Source: a virus
Lineage: Duplodnaviria > Caudoviricetes
Virus record (IMG/VR): IMGVR_UViG_3300026549_000039
Location: 1 to 64,000 of that record
Length of the DNA: 64,000 bases
Strand: one strand, 5' to 3'
The notes below the pieces were generated by a model. It saw only the letters and a list, made by a program, of their open reading frames with translations, was not told where the DNA came from and did not search any database. The position numbers and the translations under genes are program-made. Below, piece by piece: positions 1 to 8,406 of this stretch (position 1 is the first letter of the stretch; every line of letters starts with the position of its first letter).

Positions 1-124
1 CTCCCTTGGGCCGTCACTGAGTGAGGGGGCGGCTCCCTTGGGCCGTCACTGAGTGAGGGGGCGGCTCCCTTGGGCCGTCACTGAGTGAGGGGGCGGCTCC
101 CTTGGGCCGTCACTGAGTGAGGGG
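1..124. repeat. 32-bp tandem repeat, about 3.9 copies, running off the window edge
   Basis: CTCCCTTGGGCCGTCACTGAGTGAGGGGGCGG starts at 1, 33 and 65, with a partial copy at 97. Confidence 0.97.
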
Positions 125-129
125 CCACG

Positions 130-212
130 GCGTCACTCAGTGCGTCACTCAGTGCGTCACTCAGTGCGTCACTCAGTGACGTAACTCAGTGATGTAACTC
201 AGTTACATAACT
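130..212. repeat. 12-13-bp tandem repeat GCGTCACTCAGT x4 plus degenerate copies
   Basis: Exact copies at 130, 142, 154, 166, then GACGTAACTCAGT, GATGTAACTCAGT and TACATAACT; the core is the reverse complement of the 32-mer core. Confidence 0.95.
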
Positions 213-247
213 GCTCCCACGTATACATCACGCGGGCGCAGGATATA

Positions 248-284
248 ACGCAATGCGCCTATATATATAGGGGGCGCATTGCGT
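248..284. repeat. Near-perfect palindrome with a (TA)5 centre
   Basis: ACGCAATGCG-CCTATATATATAGG-ggg-CGCATTGCGT. Confidence 0.85.
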
Positions 285-312
285 GCCACATCAGGAAGGG
301 AGGGGGATCGCC

Positions 313-510
313 ATGGACGCGATCCAGGCGCTTCAAAGATTTACCAACATGGCGCGAGACATCCGCGCCTATGAAGCCTCCCTAGGGGATTCACCTACGG
401 AGGATCAGCGGTTGTGGCTGTCGTCTCTGTATTGCCTTCTTCGGGAGGCATGGGACGACGTGAGTTTAGAAATTCCTATGCCCGCGGCCTTTTGGGACCT
501 GCGGACATAG
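313..510 (+). CDS. hypothetical early protein
   Basis: ATG at 313 after GGAGGGGG; first ORF of the co-oriented cassette. Confidence 0.55.
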   Translation: MDAIQALQRFTNMARDIRAYEASLGDSPTEDQRLWLSSLYCLLREAWDDVSLEIPMPAAFWDLRT

Positions 511-588
511 CATAGCACGACAGGGAACAAATCCGCCCATGGCGGGCGGGTAAGAAATCATAAAACAAAATTCGGGAGGACACGTAAC

Positions 589-849
589 ATGAGGATTCAG
601 ATTCAGTACGCGGGCGACGGGTTCATGGGTAAGGTCTACAGCGGCTACAAGGCCAAGAAGGTCCTGCGGGACATCCTGCGTGACACCGAGTTCACCATGG
701 ACGACATCCGCAGCCTCCGCCACGGCCAGGCCCTTGTGAAGCCCGGCCAGGTGGCCGAGGCGCTCTTCTACCGTGGCAGGATGTGGATCTCGGTGTATGA
801 CGACACCGAGATGGGACGCTGGGACCTCTTCACCGTCTACCTCGGGTAG
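589..849 (+). CDS. hypothetical early protein
   Basis: GGAGGA RBS; GC3-biased codons. Confidence 0.8.
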   Translation: MRIQIQYAGDGFMGKVYSGYKAKKVLRDILRDTEFTMDDIRSLRHGQALVKPGQVAEALFYRGRMWISVYDDTEMGRWDLFTVYLG

Positions 850-888
850 ACGGTGAACGTCAACACAACCAAGGAGGAAGCGCATAAC

Positions 889-1239
889 ATGACGACGAAG
901 TTTTCTGAGATTTGCGAGCTCAATATGGACACCATCACGGCGGCGCTGCATCAGGCCGCCCTTGAGGTTGAGGGCGCGGAGGTTGACGGCTACCACGTGG
1001 CCGTCAGCATCGATGCGGAGGGGAACGTCCACACGTTCCCCTGCCCTTACGGGACCATCCCGCCCTCCGTGCGGGATGGGGGCGAGCTGATCATCCGGCG
1101 GTTTGTCTCGGGCGTGGAGTTCGCGCCCGAGGGCTGGGCGGATTCCGTCGATTGGGCGGCGGAGGCCGCCCTGTACATCATGGCGCTCCGCCAGTGGGAG
1201 CGCGAGACGGCGGAGATGGAGGCGGAGGCGGCCTGCTAG
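889..1239 (+). CDS. acidic hypothetical early protein
   Basis: AAGGAGG at 871-877 places the start at ATG 889 rather than 853. Confidence 0.8.
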   Translation: MTTKFSEICELNMDTITAALHQAALEVEGAEVDGYHVAVSIDAEGNVHTFPCPYGTIPPSVRDGGELIIRRFVSGVEFAPEGWADSVDWAAEAALYIMALRQWERETAEMEAEAAC

Positions 1240-1262
1240 GCCGCCACAGTGCAACAAGCGTA

Positions 1263-1332
1263 GGGGTCAGTCCTTCCCCCTCTTCCCTCACAGCAGCAGC
1301 ATAAAAGGGAAGCCTGCCGGAAGGATGACCCC
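1263..1332 (+). promoter_or_regulatory. long intergenic stem-loop, possible RNA processing site
   Basis: Nested pairings GGGGTCA/TGACCCC, TCCTTCC/GGAAGGA, CTTCCCT/AGGGAAG. Confidence 0.55.
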
Positions 1333-1391
1333 ATAAGGGCATGACCCCATAGGCAAAGACCCCCATATGGGGGCAGAAAGGTTGGAGTAGC

Positions 1392-1661
1392 ATGATCGAG
1401 CAGATTAGGAAGACGGTTGTGGAGAATTTCGGCGGCATCTTCAAGAGTGCGGATGAGCATGTGTACCTGCTCATCAAGCGCAATGGTGACATGGCTTGCA
1501 GCTATGACGCCATGCCGGGGACGGCCATCCCCAGCAGCAGGGACCGCTTCTTCAGGCTCCCCGCTGGCCGGGTGAAGAAGAAGACCCGCATGGCCCTGCT
1601 GAAGAGCCACGACTGGCTCTTTGCCCCCTATCTCCTGAAGGAGCTGGGCCTCATCAAGTAG
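1392..1661 (+). CDS. basic hypothetical early protein
   Basis: GGAG RBS; coding-like codon bias. Confidence 0.75.
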   Translation: MIEQIRKTVVENFGGIFKSADEHVYLLIKRNGDMACSYDAMPGTAIPSSRDRFFRLPAGRVKKKTRMALLKSHDWLFAPYLLKELGLIK

Positions 1662-1773
1662 GCCCGGCCCCTTCGGGGGTGACCCCGTGACCCCATGACC
1701 CCGTGACCATCCCAAACCACAGGGGCCACGGGGGTCACCCCATCACAAAGCGCAAGCAGCAAAGCACAATACA

Positions 1774-1830
1774 GGGCGAAACGGGGACAATATGTCCCCG
1801 TCTTGGGGTAAAGCCCCAACTGATGAGCCC
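1774..1830 (+). ncRNA. type II hammerhead ribozyme
   Basis: GGGC-GAAA-CGGGGACA(ATA)TGTCCCCG-TC^-TTGGGG(TAAAG)CCCCAA-CTGATGA-GCCC: full catalytic core, GUC cleavage triplet, three perfect stems. Confidence 0.93.
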
Positions 1831-1848
1831 ATAAGGAGGAATCAACAC

Positions 1849-2259
1849 ATGAGACAGATCATGTTCAAGAAGCCGCGCCAGTTCCGTAAAAGCATGATAG
1901 AGGGGGAGTTGTACAACGTCACCACCGCAGCAGCATCAGACGTTGAGTATGCCCTGCTGTTTACTGGCAAGCAGGGCAGCAATGACCCCAGCAACGAGGA
2001 CGAGGGCGAGGCCCTTGTCTTCAGGAAAGTATCCACGGGGCAGGACATCATTGTCCCCATCAACGAGCCGGGGTTGACCATCGAGTGGGAGTATACCCGC
2101 TCCCCTCAGTCGGAGCCACTCCCCAATGACCCCATGACTGCGGTGGACCTCGCGAGGCTATACGTGAAATACAGCCTCGCCCCAAAGAACAAGACCCCGC
2201 GTGAGGTTGCGCGGGACGTTCAACAGGGATGGCGTCCCTTCCCCGTGGAGGGGCGCTAG
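1849..2259 (+). CDS. hypothetical early protein downstream of the hammerhead
   Basis: AAGGAGG at 1833-1839 and ATG at 1849; the track start 1792 lies inside the ribozyme. Confidence 0.8.
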   Translation: MRQIMFKKPRQFRKSMIEGELYNVTTAAASDVEYALLFTGKQGSNDPSNEDEGEALVFRKVSTGQDIIVPINEPGLTIEWEYTRSPQSEPLPNDPMTAVDLARLYVKYSLAPKNKTPREVARDVQQGWRPFPVEGR

Positions 2260-2302
2260 TCGGGGGCAATGACCCCCACAAAAACACAAGGAGGAAACCA
2301 AA

Positions 2303-2710
2303 ATGGCAAAGAAAGACATGAAGGATAGGGCTCACGGCAATATAGACAAGGCGAGGGAAAAGGTCCAGGTCGCCATAATCCTTGACCCCAATGGGGTCAA
2401 GGTGGGCAGCGTTGTTCACCGCTGGACCTACCCCGCGACGGGGGGTGTTTGCCACACCAGCTTCAAGCTGATGAGCAACAGCAACTACGACCTTGACCCC
2501 GTGGTCCACTACTCCGAATCTGGGGGGTGCGGCTATGACAAGGCAGCCAATAACCTCTGCTGGGTCTTCTTGGATAAGCAGCCCCAAATTGAGGCCATAA
2601 CAGGCCGCCCCTATCCCAAAGACCCCGACGGGGGATTGACCTGCTACCTGGCCAACCACTGGAGGAGTTACTTGGAGGACGCGGGCTACCGCGTCATTGA
2701 CGCCCTGTAG
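2303..2710 (+). CDS. hypothetical phage protein (GGxGYDK motif), paralogue of 3150-3638
   Basis: AAGGAGG RBS; shares V.IILDP and Y.VI.AL with 3150-3638. Confidence 0.85.
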   Translation: MAKKDMKDRAHGNIDKAREKVQVAIILDPNGVKVGSVVHRWTYPATGGVCHTSFKLMSNSNYDLDPVVHYSESGGCGYDKAANNLCWVFLDKQPQIEAITGRPYPKDPDGGLTCYLANHWRSYLEDAGYRVIDAL

Positions 2711-2730
2711 AGGGCGTCAAAGAAAGGAGA

Positions 2731-3117
2731 ATGACCCCTATGATTAGGTACGTCTACGCACATATCGACACCACTTCCTCCCTAGCGGACACCCCGCTAG
2801 GGGGGGCCATGGTCAACGCCGCTTGGAACCATGGCGAGGCGTTTGTGAGGGGCCTGCTTGAGAAGCATGGCCCCGCAGAGTTTAAGGCCAAATGGGAGGG
2901 CCATGACCCCTGGACGTTCAGGGAGGAAATGTACATCAGAACGGAAGTCATGACCCCCCTCTGGCCCCTGTTGGACCTCCTCGAAGAAGCAGAGGAGGAA
3001 AACGCAGGGGAATTGAGGGCCGACATCATGGAGGCGCTGGAGAAAAGTCTGTGGCTTGCCTACACGGAGGCCATGGACACGGTAGGGGGCGACTATTGGG
3101 GCAAAGACCCCGACTAG
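2731..3117 (+). CDS. acidic hypothetical early protein
   Basis: AAAGGAG RBS; alternative in-frame start at 2740. Confidence 0.8.
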   Translation: MTPMIRYVYAHIDTTSSLADTPLGGAMVNAAWNHGEAFVRGLLEKHGPAEFKAKWEGHDPWTFREEMYIRTEVMTPLWPLLDLLEEAEEENAGELRADIMEALEKSLWLAYTEAMDTVGGDYWGKDPD

Positions 3118-3149
3118 CGCCCCCTATGACGTAAGGAGGAAGAGCAGAT

Positions 3150-3638
3150 ATGTCAGCAACATTCCGGTTGGACGCAAGGGTCAGCGATATCAAAGACCCT
3201 GTAGAGGCAGTCGAGGAGTACATCCTCGACACAAGGAAGAAAGTGCGGGTGTTCATTATCCTTGACCCCGCACTCCAGATAGCAGGGCGCATTGTCCAGT
3301 CCTGGGAGATGATACCCTGGACAGTCGGGCACCCAAGCGCCCCGGAAGTTCACCCCGGCGACTTCATGCCAATTCGGGGATGCATGGCCCGCGCAAGCGT
3401 AGAGCTTGACGTAGTGGGCCATGACCCCATCAACGTGACCGTGGAGGTCTGGGACAACCCCAAAGACCCCACGGACACGGCGCTGATGTACGCACTATTG
3501 GAGGCCCGTCAGGGTATCGAGGCCATAACAAACATGGCCTTCCCTGATCGGGATGACCCCCAGAGCTGGGATGAAATCCGCGCCCAATGGGTGGAGTGGT
3601 TCGAGGGCGCGGAATACAGCGTGATTGAGGCCCTCTAA
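3150..3638 (+). CDS. hypothetical phage protein, paralogue of 2303-2710
   Basis: AAGGAGG RBS; shared motifs and shared downstream junction sequence. Confidence 0.85.
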   Translation: MSATFRLDARVSDIKDPVEAVEEYILDTRKKVRVFIILDPALQIAGRIVQSWEMIPWTVGHPSAPEVHPGDFMPIRGCMARASVELDVVGHDPINVTVEVWDNPKDPTDTALMYALLEARQGIEAITNMAFPDRDDPQSWDEIRAQWVEWFEGAEYSVIEAL

Positions 3639-3668
3639 AGGGCCTCAAAGAAAGGAGAATGACCCCCT

Positions 3669-4244
3669 ATGAAGAAGGACACTGACAGCATTATTCGCAT
3701 TATTCGCGAGCAGTTCCACGAAGTCCCCACGAGGGATTACGCCGCGCCCACAAAGGAGACCCTGTATGCAGAGCAGTGGGCGAGCATCAAGCGGACCTGT
3801 GAGACCCTCGCCTATCTCTACGATGGAGATTTGTACGTGGGCGACATGATCACGGAGGCCGCTGTGGATGCAGCCCCCATCGACAACCGGGAGATCATGC
3901 GGGCCTATGAGGATGTGGAGCCGTTCGTGGCCGAAGTCCTGGCCGACGGCTACGACCTTGACCCCAAGAGTTTCAGGATCCCGCAGCTTGTACAGGCGGG
4001 GTATGTGCGCTTCTTGGAGGCGGCGGCCTATGAGAATCTTCAGACGATTTTCTTCAACAGGTTCGCGGCCTGCGCAAATGCTGACCCCGCCTTGACCGGG
4101 GAAGACCCCGACGATGACCCCCCGGTGGACCTGATGAAGCTGGAGGCCGCCCTTGAGGCGGCGGCGGAAAAGGTAGACAATAACATGACCTTCGCGGAGG
4201 CCGATGCAATCTACCGCGAGGCCGTGAAGGGCTTCAAGGCGTAG
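3669..4244 (+). CDS. acidic protein, possible Ocr-like DNA-mimic antirestriction protein
   Basis: GDMITEAAVDAAPI...QLVQA...YENL recalls T7 Ocr HDAIHMAADNAVP...ILQARIYEQL; D/E-rich. ORF is solid, function tentative. Confidence 0.5.
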   Translation: MKKDTDSIIRIIREQFHEVPTRDYAAPTKETLYAEQWASIKRTCETLAYLYDGDLYVGDMITEAAVDAAPIDNREIMRAYEDVEPFVAEVLADGYDLDPKSFRIPQLVQAGYVRFLEAAAYENLQTIFFNRFAACANADPALTGEDPDDDPPVDLMKLEAALEAAAEKVDNNMTFAEADAIYREAVKGFKA

Positions 4245-4279
4245 GGGATGACCCCCTACGCCTATAACACGAAAGGAGA

Positions 4280-4930
4280 ATGCAAGAGATGATCGAGATA
4301 GCGAGAGCAGTTGACCCCAAGATCGGGTATGTAGAGGTGTGCGCAGAAGATTACGCATACGAGAATCCTATGAAGGACTGGGATCACGTCCCTGACATTA
4401 TGCTGATACACCGCTATAGAGGGCTCGCGACCCTGGACGATGACCCCAGAGACTACAGTATCAGGGAGCTAAGTGAGCGCTACGGGCGGGATGGGGGCCT
4501 TGCACTCCCCGTGTACGCCTATGACCACAGCGGGGTATCATTCGCCGTTAGCGACGGCTACCCCTACAATGACCCCTGGGACGCCGGGATTGCTGGCATT
4601 GCCTACGTCAGCCCTGAGAAAGCAAGGGCAACGTGGGGAGAAACCCTGACCCCGCAAGAGCTCAGGGAGAAATGCAGGGACAGCATAGAGAGCCTTGTGG
4701 CTCTGATGAACGCTGTGGCCGACAATGAGTGCTACTTCGTGACGTGGTATGACACGGAGTGCAACCCCGTAGATAGCTGCGGGGGATTCTGGAAGACAGA
4801 CAGATACAGCTACGAGGAAATGTTCCGCGATATGGCAGACATGGCCCCAGCAGAGTATCAGCCCCTCTTTGAACGCCTTGAGGCGTGGAAGATTGACCCC
4901 ATCAAGGTGAGCAGGAAGCTCATAGACTAG
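4280..4930 (+). CDS. conserved phage/mobile-element hypothetical protein
   Basis: LPVYAYDHSG...DPWDAG motif recalled from phage/ICE proteins; AAAGGAG RBS. Confidence 0.75.
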   Translation: MQEMIEIARAVDPKIGYVEVCAEDYAYENPMKDWDHVPDIMLIHRYRGLATLDDDPRDYSIRELSERYGRDGGLALPVYAYDHSGVSFAVSDGYPYNDPWDAGIAGIAYVSPEKARATWGETLTPQELREKCRDSIESLVALMNAVADNECYFVTWYDTECNPVDSCGGFWKTDRYSYEEMFRDMADMAPAEYQPLFERLEAWKIDPIKVSRKLID

Positions 4931-4943
4931 GAGGATAACCCCC

Positions 4944-5150
4944 ATGGTAAAAGGTCGGAAATATTATCTACGCGTTCTCACGCCTTACGGCATGGAGCGC
5001 ATAGCGGGGCGCTACGTGGGTAACAACTCACGTGGCGTCCTTCGTTTCTGTGACCCCGATGATGACAGCATCGAGTATGAGGTCAACGATTGCTGTATCT
5101 TCGGGGTCAGGACGGCCATATGGCCGCAACATCTGGTCATAGGAGGATGA
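4944..5150 (+). CDS. small hypothetical protein
   Basis: AGGAGG RBS; fills the gap between neighbours. Confidence 0.7.
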   Translation: MVKGRKYYLRVLTPYGMERIAGRYVGNNSRGVLRFCDPDDDSIEYEVNDCCIFGVRTAIWPQHLVIGG

Positions 5151-5155
5151 CCCCC

Positions 5156-5590
5156 ATGAGCGATCTATATGGCGGCAAGGTAGCCAGCGCTTGGACAAAG
5201 CTGGCTAAGGGTGTATCGGTCTATGTGGGATTTGTGACCCCATGTGGGCGTGTGCCCCTGGAAGTCCTCCGGGTGCAGATTAACCACAAGACACGCAAGG
5301 ACGGGACACAGGAACACGAGGCGTTCATCCTGTTGACCCCGAAAAACGGTAGGAACGTAAACGTCACAGGATGGGGCGCGGGCGAGACTGAGACATTGGC
5401 GCTAGTCGGAGCTGTGGAGGCGCTGTGGGCCTCCATGAAGGGCAACAACTACCCAGAGATGCCCCTGTTCATGCACTACGACAGGGAGCAGTATAGTGTC
5501 TATGCGCTCTGCGAAGAGCTGAGCGCAGGCAACAGGGATCAGGCCCTGTTGAGGATGAACGGTAGCATTGTATGCTATCAAGCTGTATAG
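5156..5590 (+). CDS. hypothetical protein, possible distant paralogue of 2303/3150
   Basis: AGGAGG-ATGACCCCC-ATG start context. Confidence 0.75.
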   Translation: MSDLYGGKVASAWTKLAKGVSVYVGFVTPCGRVPLEVLRVQINHKTRKDGTQEHEAFILLTPKNGRNVNVTGWGAGETETLALVGAVEALWASMKGNNYPEMPLFMHYDREQYSVYALCEELSAGNRDQALLRMNGSIVCYQAV

Positions 5591-5619
5591 AACGGGCGAA
5601 CATAAGGAGGATGACCCCC

Positions 5620-5955
5620 ATGAAAGGCAACGGAATCAAGGCAAAGACCCCGGTAGAAAAGCCGGACGTAATCAAGGTCCTGAGCGCAGAACAGCTAGAG
5701 CAGGTCAGGGAGTACTTCAGGTGGGAGTTCAGGGAGACAGAGCTGAGGGGAGCCTTGGACTCCCTGATTGACCTCAAACGCGGCAGCGGGGAGGAGCAGG
5801 ATGCGTCCATGATCGAGGACGCACAGGAGATAATCGTGGAGACACTCCTGCCTGAGACGGAGGAATGGGAGGAGAACATCTACAACTACTGCGCTAACAG
5901 GCAAATCTCCTTCCTTGACGAGATTGACGCACGGCTGAAGGGGTGGATCCTGTGA
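5620..5955 (+). CDS. acidic hypothetical protein
   Basis: AAGGAGG-ATGACCCCC-ATG start context. Confidence 0.8.
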   Translation: MKGNGIKAKTPVEKPDVIKVLSAEQLEQVREYFRWEFRETELRGALDSLIDLKRGSGEEQDASMIEDAQEIIVETLLPETEEWEENIYNYCANRQISFLDEIDARLKGWIL

Positions 5956-6064
5956 GGATGACCCCCTGCGCAGCAATTAGGTTGTTGTGCGCTATGCACA
6001 ACGTAGAGCTAATCGAGCAAATCTTGCATATTGCCATTGAGCTGGCAGAAAGGATCGGTTAATC

Positions 6065-6508
6065 ATGATGACTACGAGGATGGAGTACGTAAAGAAAGAC
6101 AGCCACAGCATTGACACCGTGACCCTGAGCGTGAACGTTGATGCAGCCTCTGAGATGGCAGCCCTGGCCCTGAAGCATGACCCCACTCTGCTGAGAATCA
6201 ACATCGTGCCAGAGACCGACGGAGAGGACACACTCTACTACGTGGCCTACCCAGAGGATGCAAAGCCGGTCGCAATCCACATGGATAACCCCGTAGCTCT
6301 GAAAGTCATGGACATTGACGATGACGAGCAGCTTATCCTGAAGATTGCTGACAACTACTTGGCCGAGGCGTTTGAGATTATCGACTACGAGGACAACGAC
6401 GGGGACTTCATCAGGGGGATCGCAATCGGGAACGACTTCATCCCCATGAATGAGTTCATCAGCACTGACAGCCCGTGGGTTGCGGGCAAGATGAAAGGAG
6501 GTAAGTAG
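6065..6508 (+). CDS. very acidic hypothetical protein
   Basis: AAAGGA RBS; Asp/Glu-rich. Confidence 0.8.
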   Translation: MMTTRMEYVKKDSHSIDTVTLSVNVDAASEMAALALKHDPTLLRINIVPETDGEDTLYYVAYPEDAKPVAIHMDNPVALKVMDIDDDEQLILKIADNYLAEAFEIIDYEDNDGDFIRGIAIGNDFIPMNEFISTDSPWVAGKMKGGK

Positions 6509-6510
6509 CA

Positions 6511-6948
6511 ATGTGGGGTAAGCCCATCAGGGGTCAGAGTGACCCCATAGGAGCGTACAAGGCGCGTAGACTGGAGGAAGCAGGTGAGGCCAAGTGCCTC
6601 ACCATCCCTCTTGACAGCACACTTACCCTGACCTTGACCCCGGAGCAGGATGCACAGCTATACCAGTACTACCTGCGTCAAATGGACTGGGAGGAGGCAG
6701 AGAATCAGGTGGCGCGGGCCGTGGAAAGCATGACCCTGTACTCCGATGACCCTGTGTGCATACAGGAAGGGCAGCGCCTAGACCATAACAGGCGAGAGTT
6801 CATCGAGAAACTCTTGCCTGATATCCCTGATATGCGCGAGGAATCCCTCAGATTTGCCGATAGTGAGGGAATAGGTATCTACGATCAGGTCAGGGATAGA
6901 TTGTCTGAATTGCTAGACGATGACCCCATTAGTGAGGGGGAAGACTAG
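6511..6948 (+). CDS. acidic hypothetical protein
   Basis: AAAGGAGGT RBS; tightly packed. Confidence 0.8.
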   Translation: MWGKPIRGQSDPIGAYKARRLEEAGEAKCLTIPLDSTLTLTLTPEQDAQLYQYYLRQMDWEEAENQVARAVESMTLYSDDPVCIQEGQRLDHNRREFIEKLLPDIPDMREESLRFADSEGIGIYDQVRDRLSELLDDDPISEGED

Positions 6949-6951
6949 CAG

Positions 6952-7503
6952 ATGGGGATGGCAGTGGCAGATATGGCACAGCAAGAGCTGGATGGTATCC
7001 TCCCCGGTGGTCTTACATGGACCTGGGTGCAGGGTGAAGGTATCACGGTATACAGAGAGGATGACCCCATCCTCTCTGTAGTATGGAGTTACGGAAAGGT
7101 AAAGATGGAGCACTACGAGGGAGGTGTGATAACACTAGAGCAAAAGTTCCTGCTGGGGAAGGTAGCAGCACAGCTCATGGATATGGAACAGCCTATCGTA
7201 GAGGAAATCTGGCGTATAGTGGAGCCCTACGCACGGATGACCCTGGCCGACAAGGCTAAGGTGTGCCGTAGGGAGGAACTAGCCAACTTCTTCTATGATG
7301 GCAATCCTGTGTACTACAAGACCCTGACAGGCTGTATAGACCGTGTACGCGAGCAACTGGGAATGTGTGGAGAGGAGTGGGATGAAGCATTTGAGCTGTA
7401 TTCCAACGTATACACGTATGCAGATGAGGTCGAGAATTGTATCATTGAGACACTGCGGCCTTACTTTGCGTTTGAATTTGTGCTAAAGGAGCCTGATGAA
7501 TGA
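6952..7503 (+). CDS. hypothetical protein
   Basis: Operon packing; GAGGGGG RBS. Confidence 0.75.
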   Translation: MGMAVADMAQQELDGILPGGLTWTWVQGEGITVYREDDPILSVVWSYGKVKMEHYEGGVITLEQKFLLGKVAAQLMDMEQPIVEEIWRIVEPYARMTLADKAKVCRREELANFFYDGNPVYYKTLTGCIDRVREQLGMCGEEWDEAFELYSNVYTYADEVENCIIETLRPYFAFEFVLKEPDE

Positions 7504-7952
7504 TGAATACTACTGACACAGGAACACCTGAAGAGAGGAGAGAGATCAATATCGGCATACTGCGAGGGCTGGAGGCTGGAGCTACGTACAGGCGCATCAA
7601 AAGCCTACCAGCCCTAGATGATCTGCTGATTCTCAAAAAGAAAGACCCCGAGGGGCTGTATAAGGCAGCCGTCAAGCTGCGCGTGGACCGCGAACAGCTT
7701 GAAAATGACGTGCTTGTCCCCCTGCGCAGGGCGGTAGCCGAGGTTATCAACCTGCGCTCAATCATGATCGATGGCGAACCCCTCTTTGACGATGACCACT
7801 ACGCCACGATAAACCAGGAACACTGGCAGCAAAACGCTATAGCAGGGCTGCTTAGCCAGATGATGCACACAGAGCTGGCCCTGTTAAAGTATGAGAGCAA
7901 GGATACGATGGACCGTCTGGGATTGACCCCGGACACAGACACTAACGCATAA
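7500..7952 (+). CDS. hypothetical protein
   Basis: ATGA overlap with the upstream stop; AAGGAG RBS. Confidence 0.8.
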   Translation: MMNTTDTGTPEERREINIGILRGLEAGATYRRIKSLPALDDLLILKKKDPEGLYKAAVKLRVDREQLENDVLVPLRRAVAEVINLRSIMIDGEPLFDDDHYATINQEHWQQNAIAGLLSQMMHTELALLKYESKDTMDRLGLTPDTDTNA

Positions 7953-7971
7953 CACATAGGAGGATACCAAA

Positions 7972-8367
7972 ATGGCAAAGAAGGCAGCAGCGAAGAAGGT
8001 TGACCCCAAGGAGCAGCAGCGCGAGAACTGGCACGCCCTGGCGAAGATGTGCCGCAGGTACGTCGAGCTTAAGGCCCAGATGGATGAGATGGAGAAGGAG
8101 AAGAAAGCCCTGTCCGCGCTCATTAAGCAGGCTGTACCCGAGAGAGGGCAGGCTAAGGGGATTGGAGACCCCGAGATTGCAGGCAGGGTCTACAACATCA
8201 AGATCACGGAAGTACAGAGTAAGCGCATGGATCAGGACTTGGTGCGCAAATTCTTGACTGATGAGCAGATCGAGGTCTGCACCAAGATCGTGACCTCAGA
8301 GCGCATGACTGTTGATGCTATGGACATTGTGGCGCAGGCGGCCTGCGCCGAGACCAACTTCCTGTAG
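7972..8367 (+). CDS. coiled-coil phage protein, weakly Gam/gp157-like
   Basis: AGGAGG RBS; RRYVELKAQMDEMEKEKKAL coiled coil followed by a beta-rich tail. Confidence 0.6.
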   Translation: MAKKAAAKKVDPKEQQRENWHALAKMCRRYVELKAQMDEMEKEKKALSALIKQAVPERGQAKGIGDPEIAGRVYNIKITEVQSKRMDQDLVRKFLTDEQIEVCTKIVTSERMTVDAMDIVAQAACAETNFL

Positions 8368-8406
8368 GGCCTACCCTACAGGAAGATGACCCCATAAGGA
8401 GGCATA

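Noticed and set aside
1-124. CRISPR array in the 32-bp repeats
   Set aside because: Units are contiguous with no unique spacers
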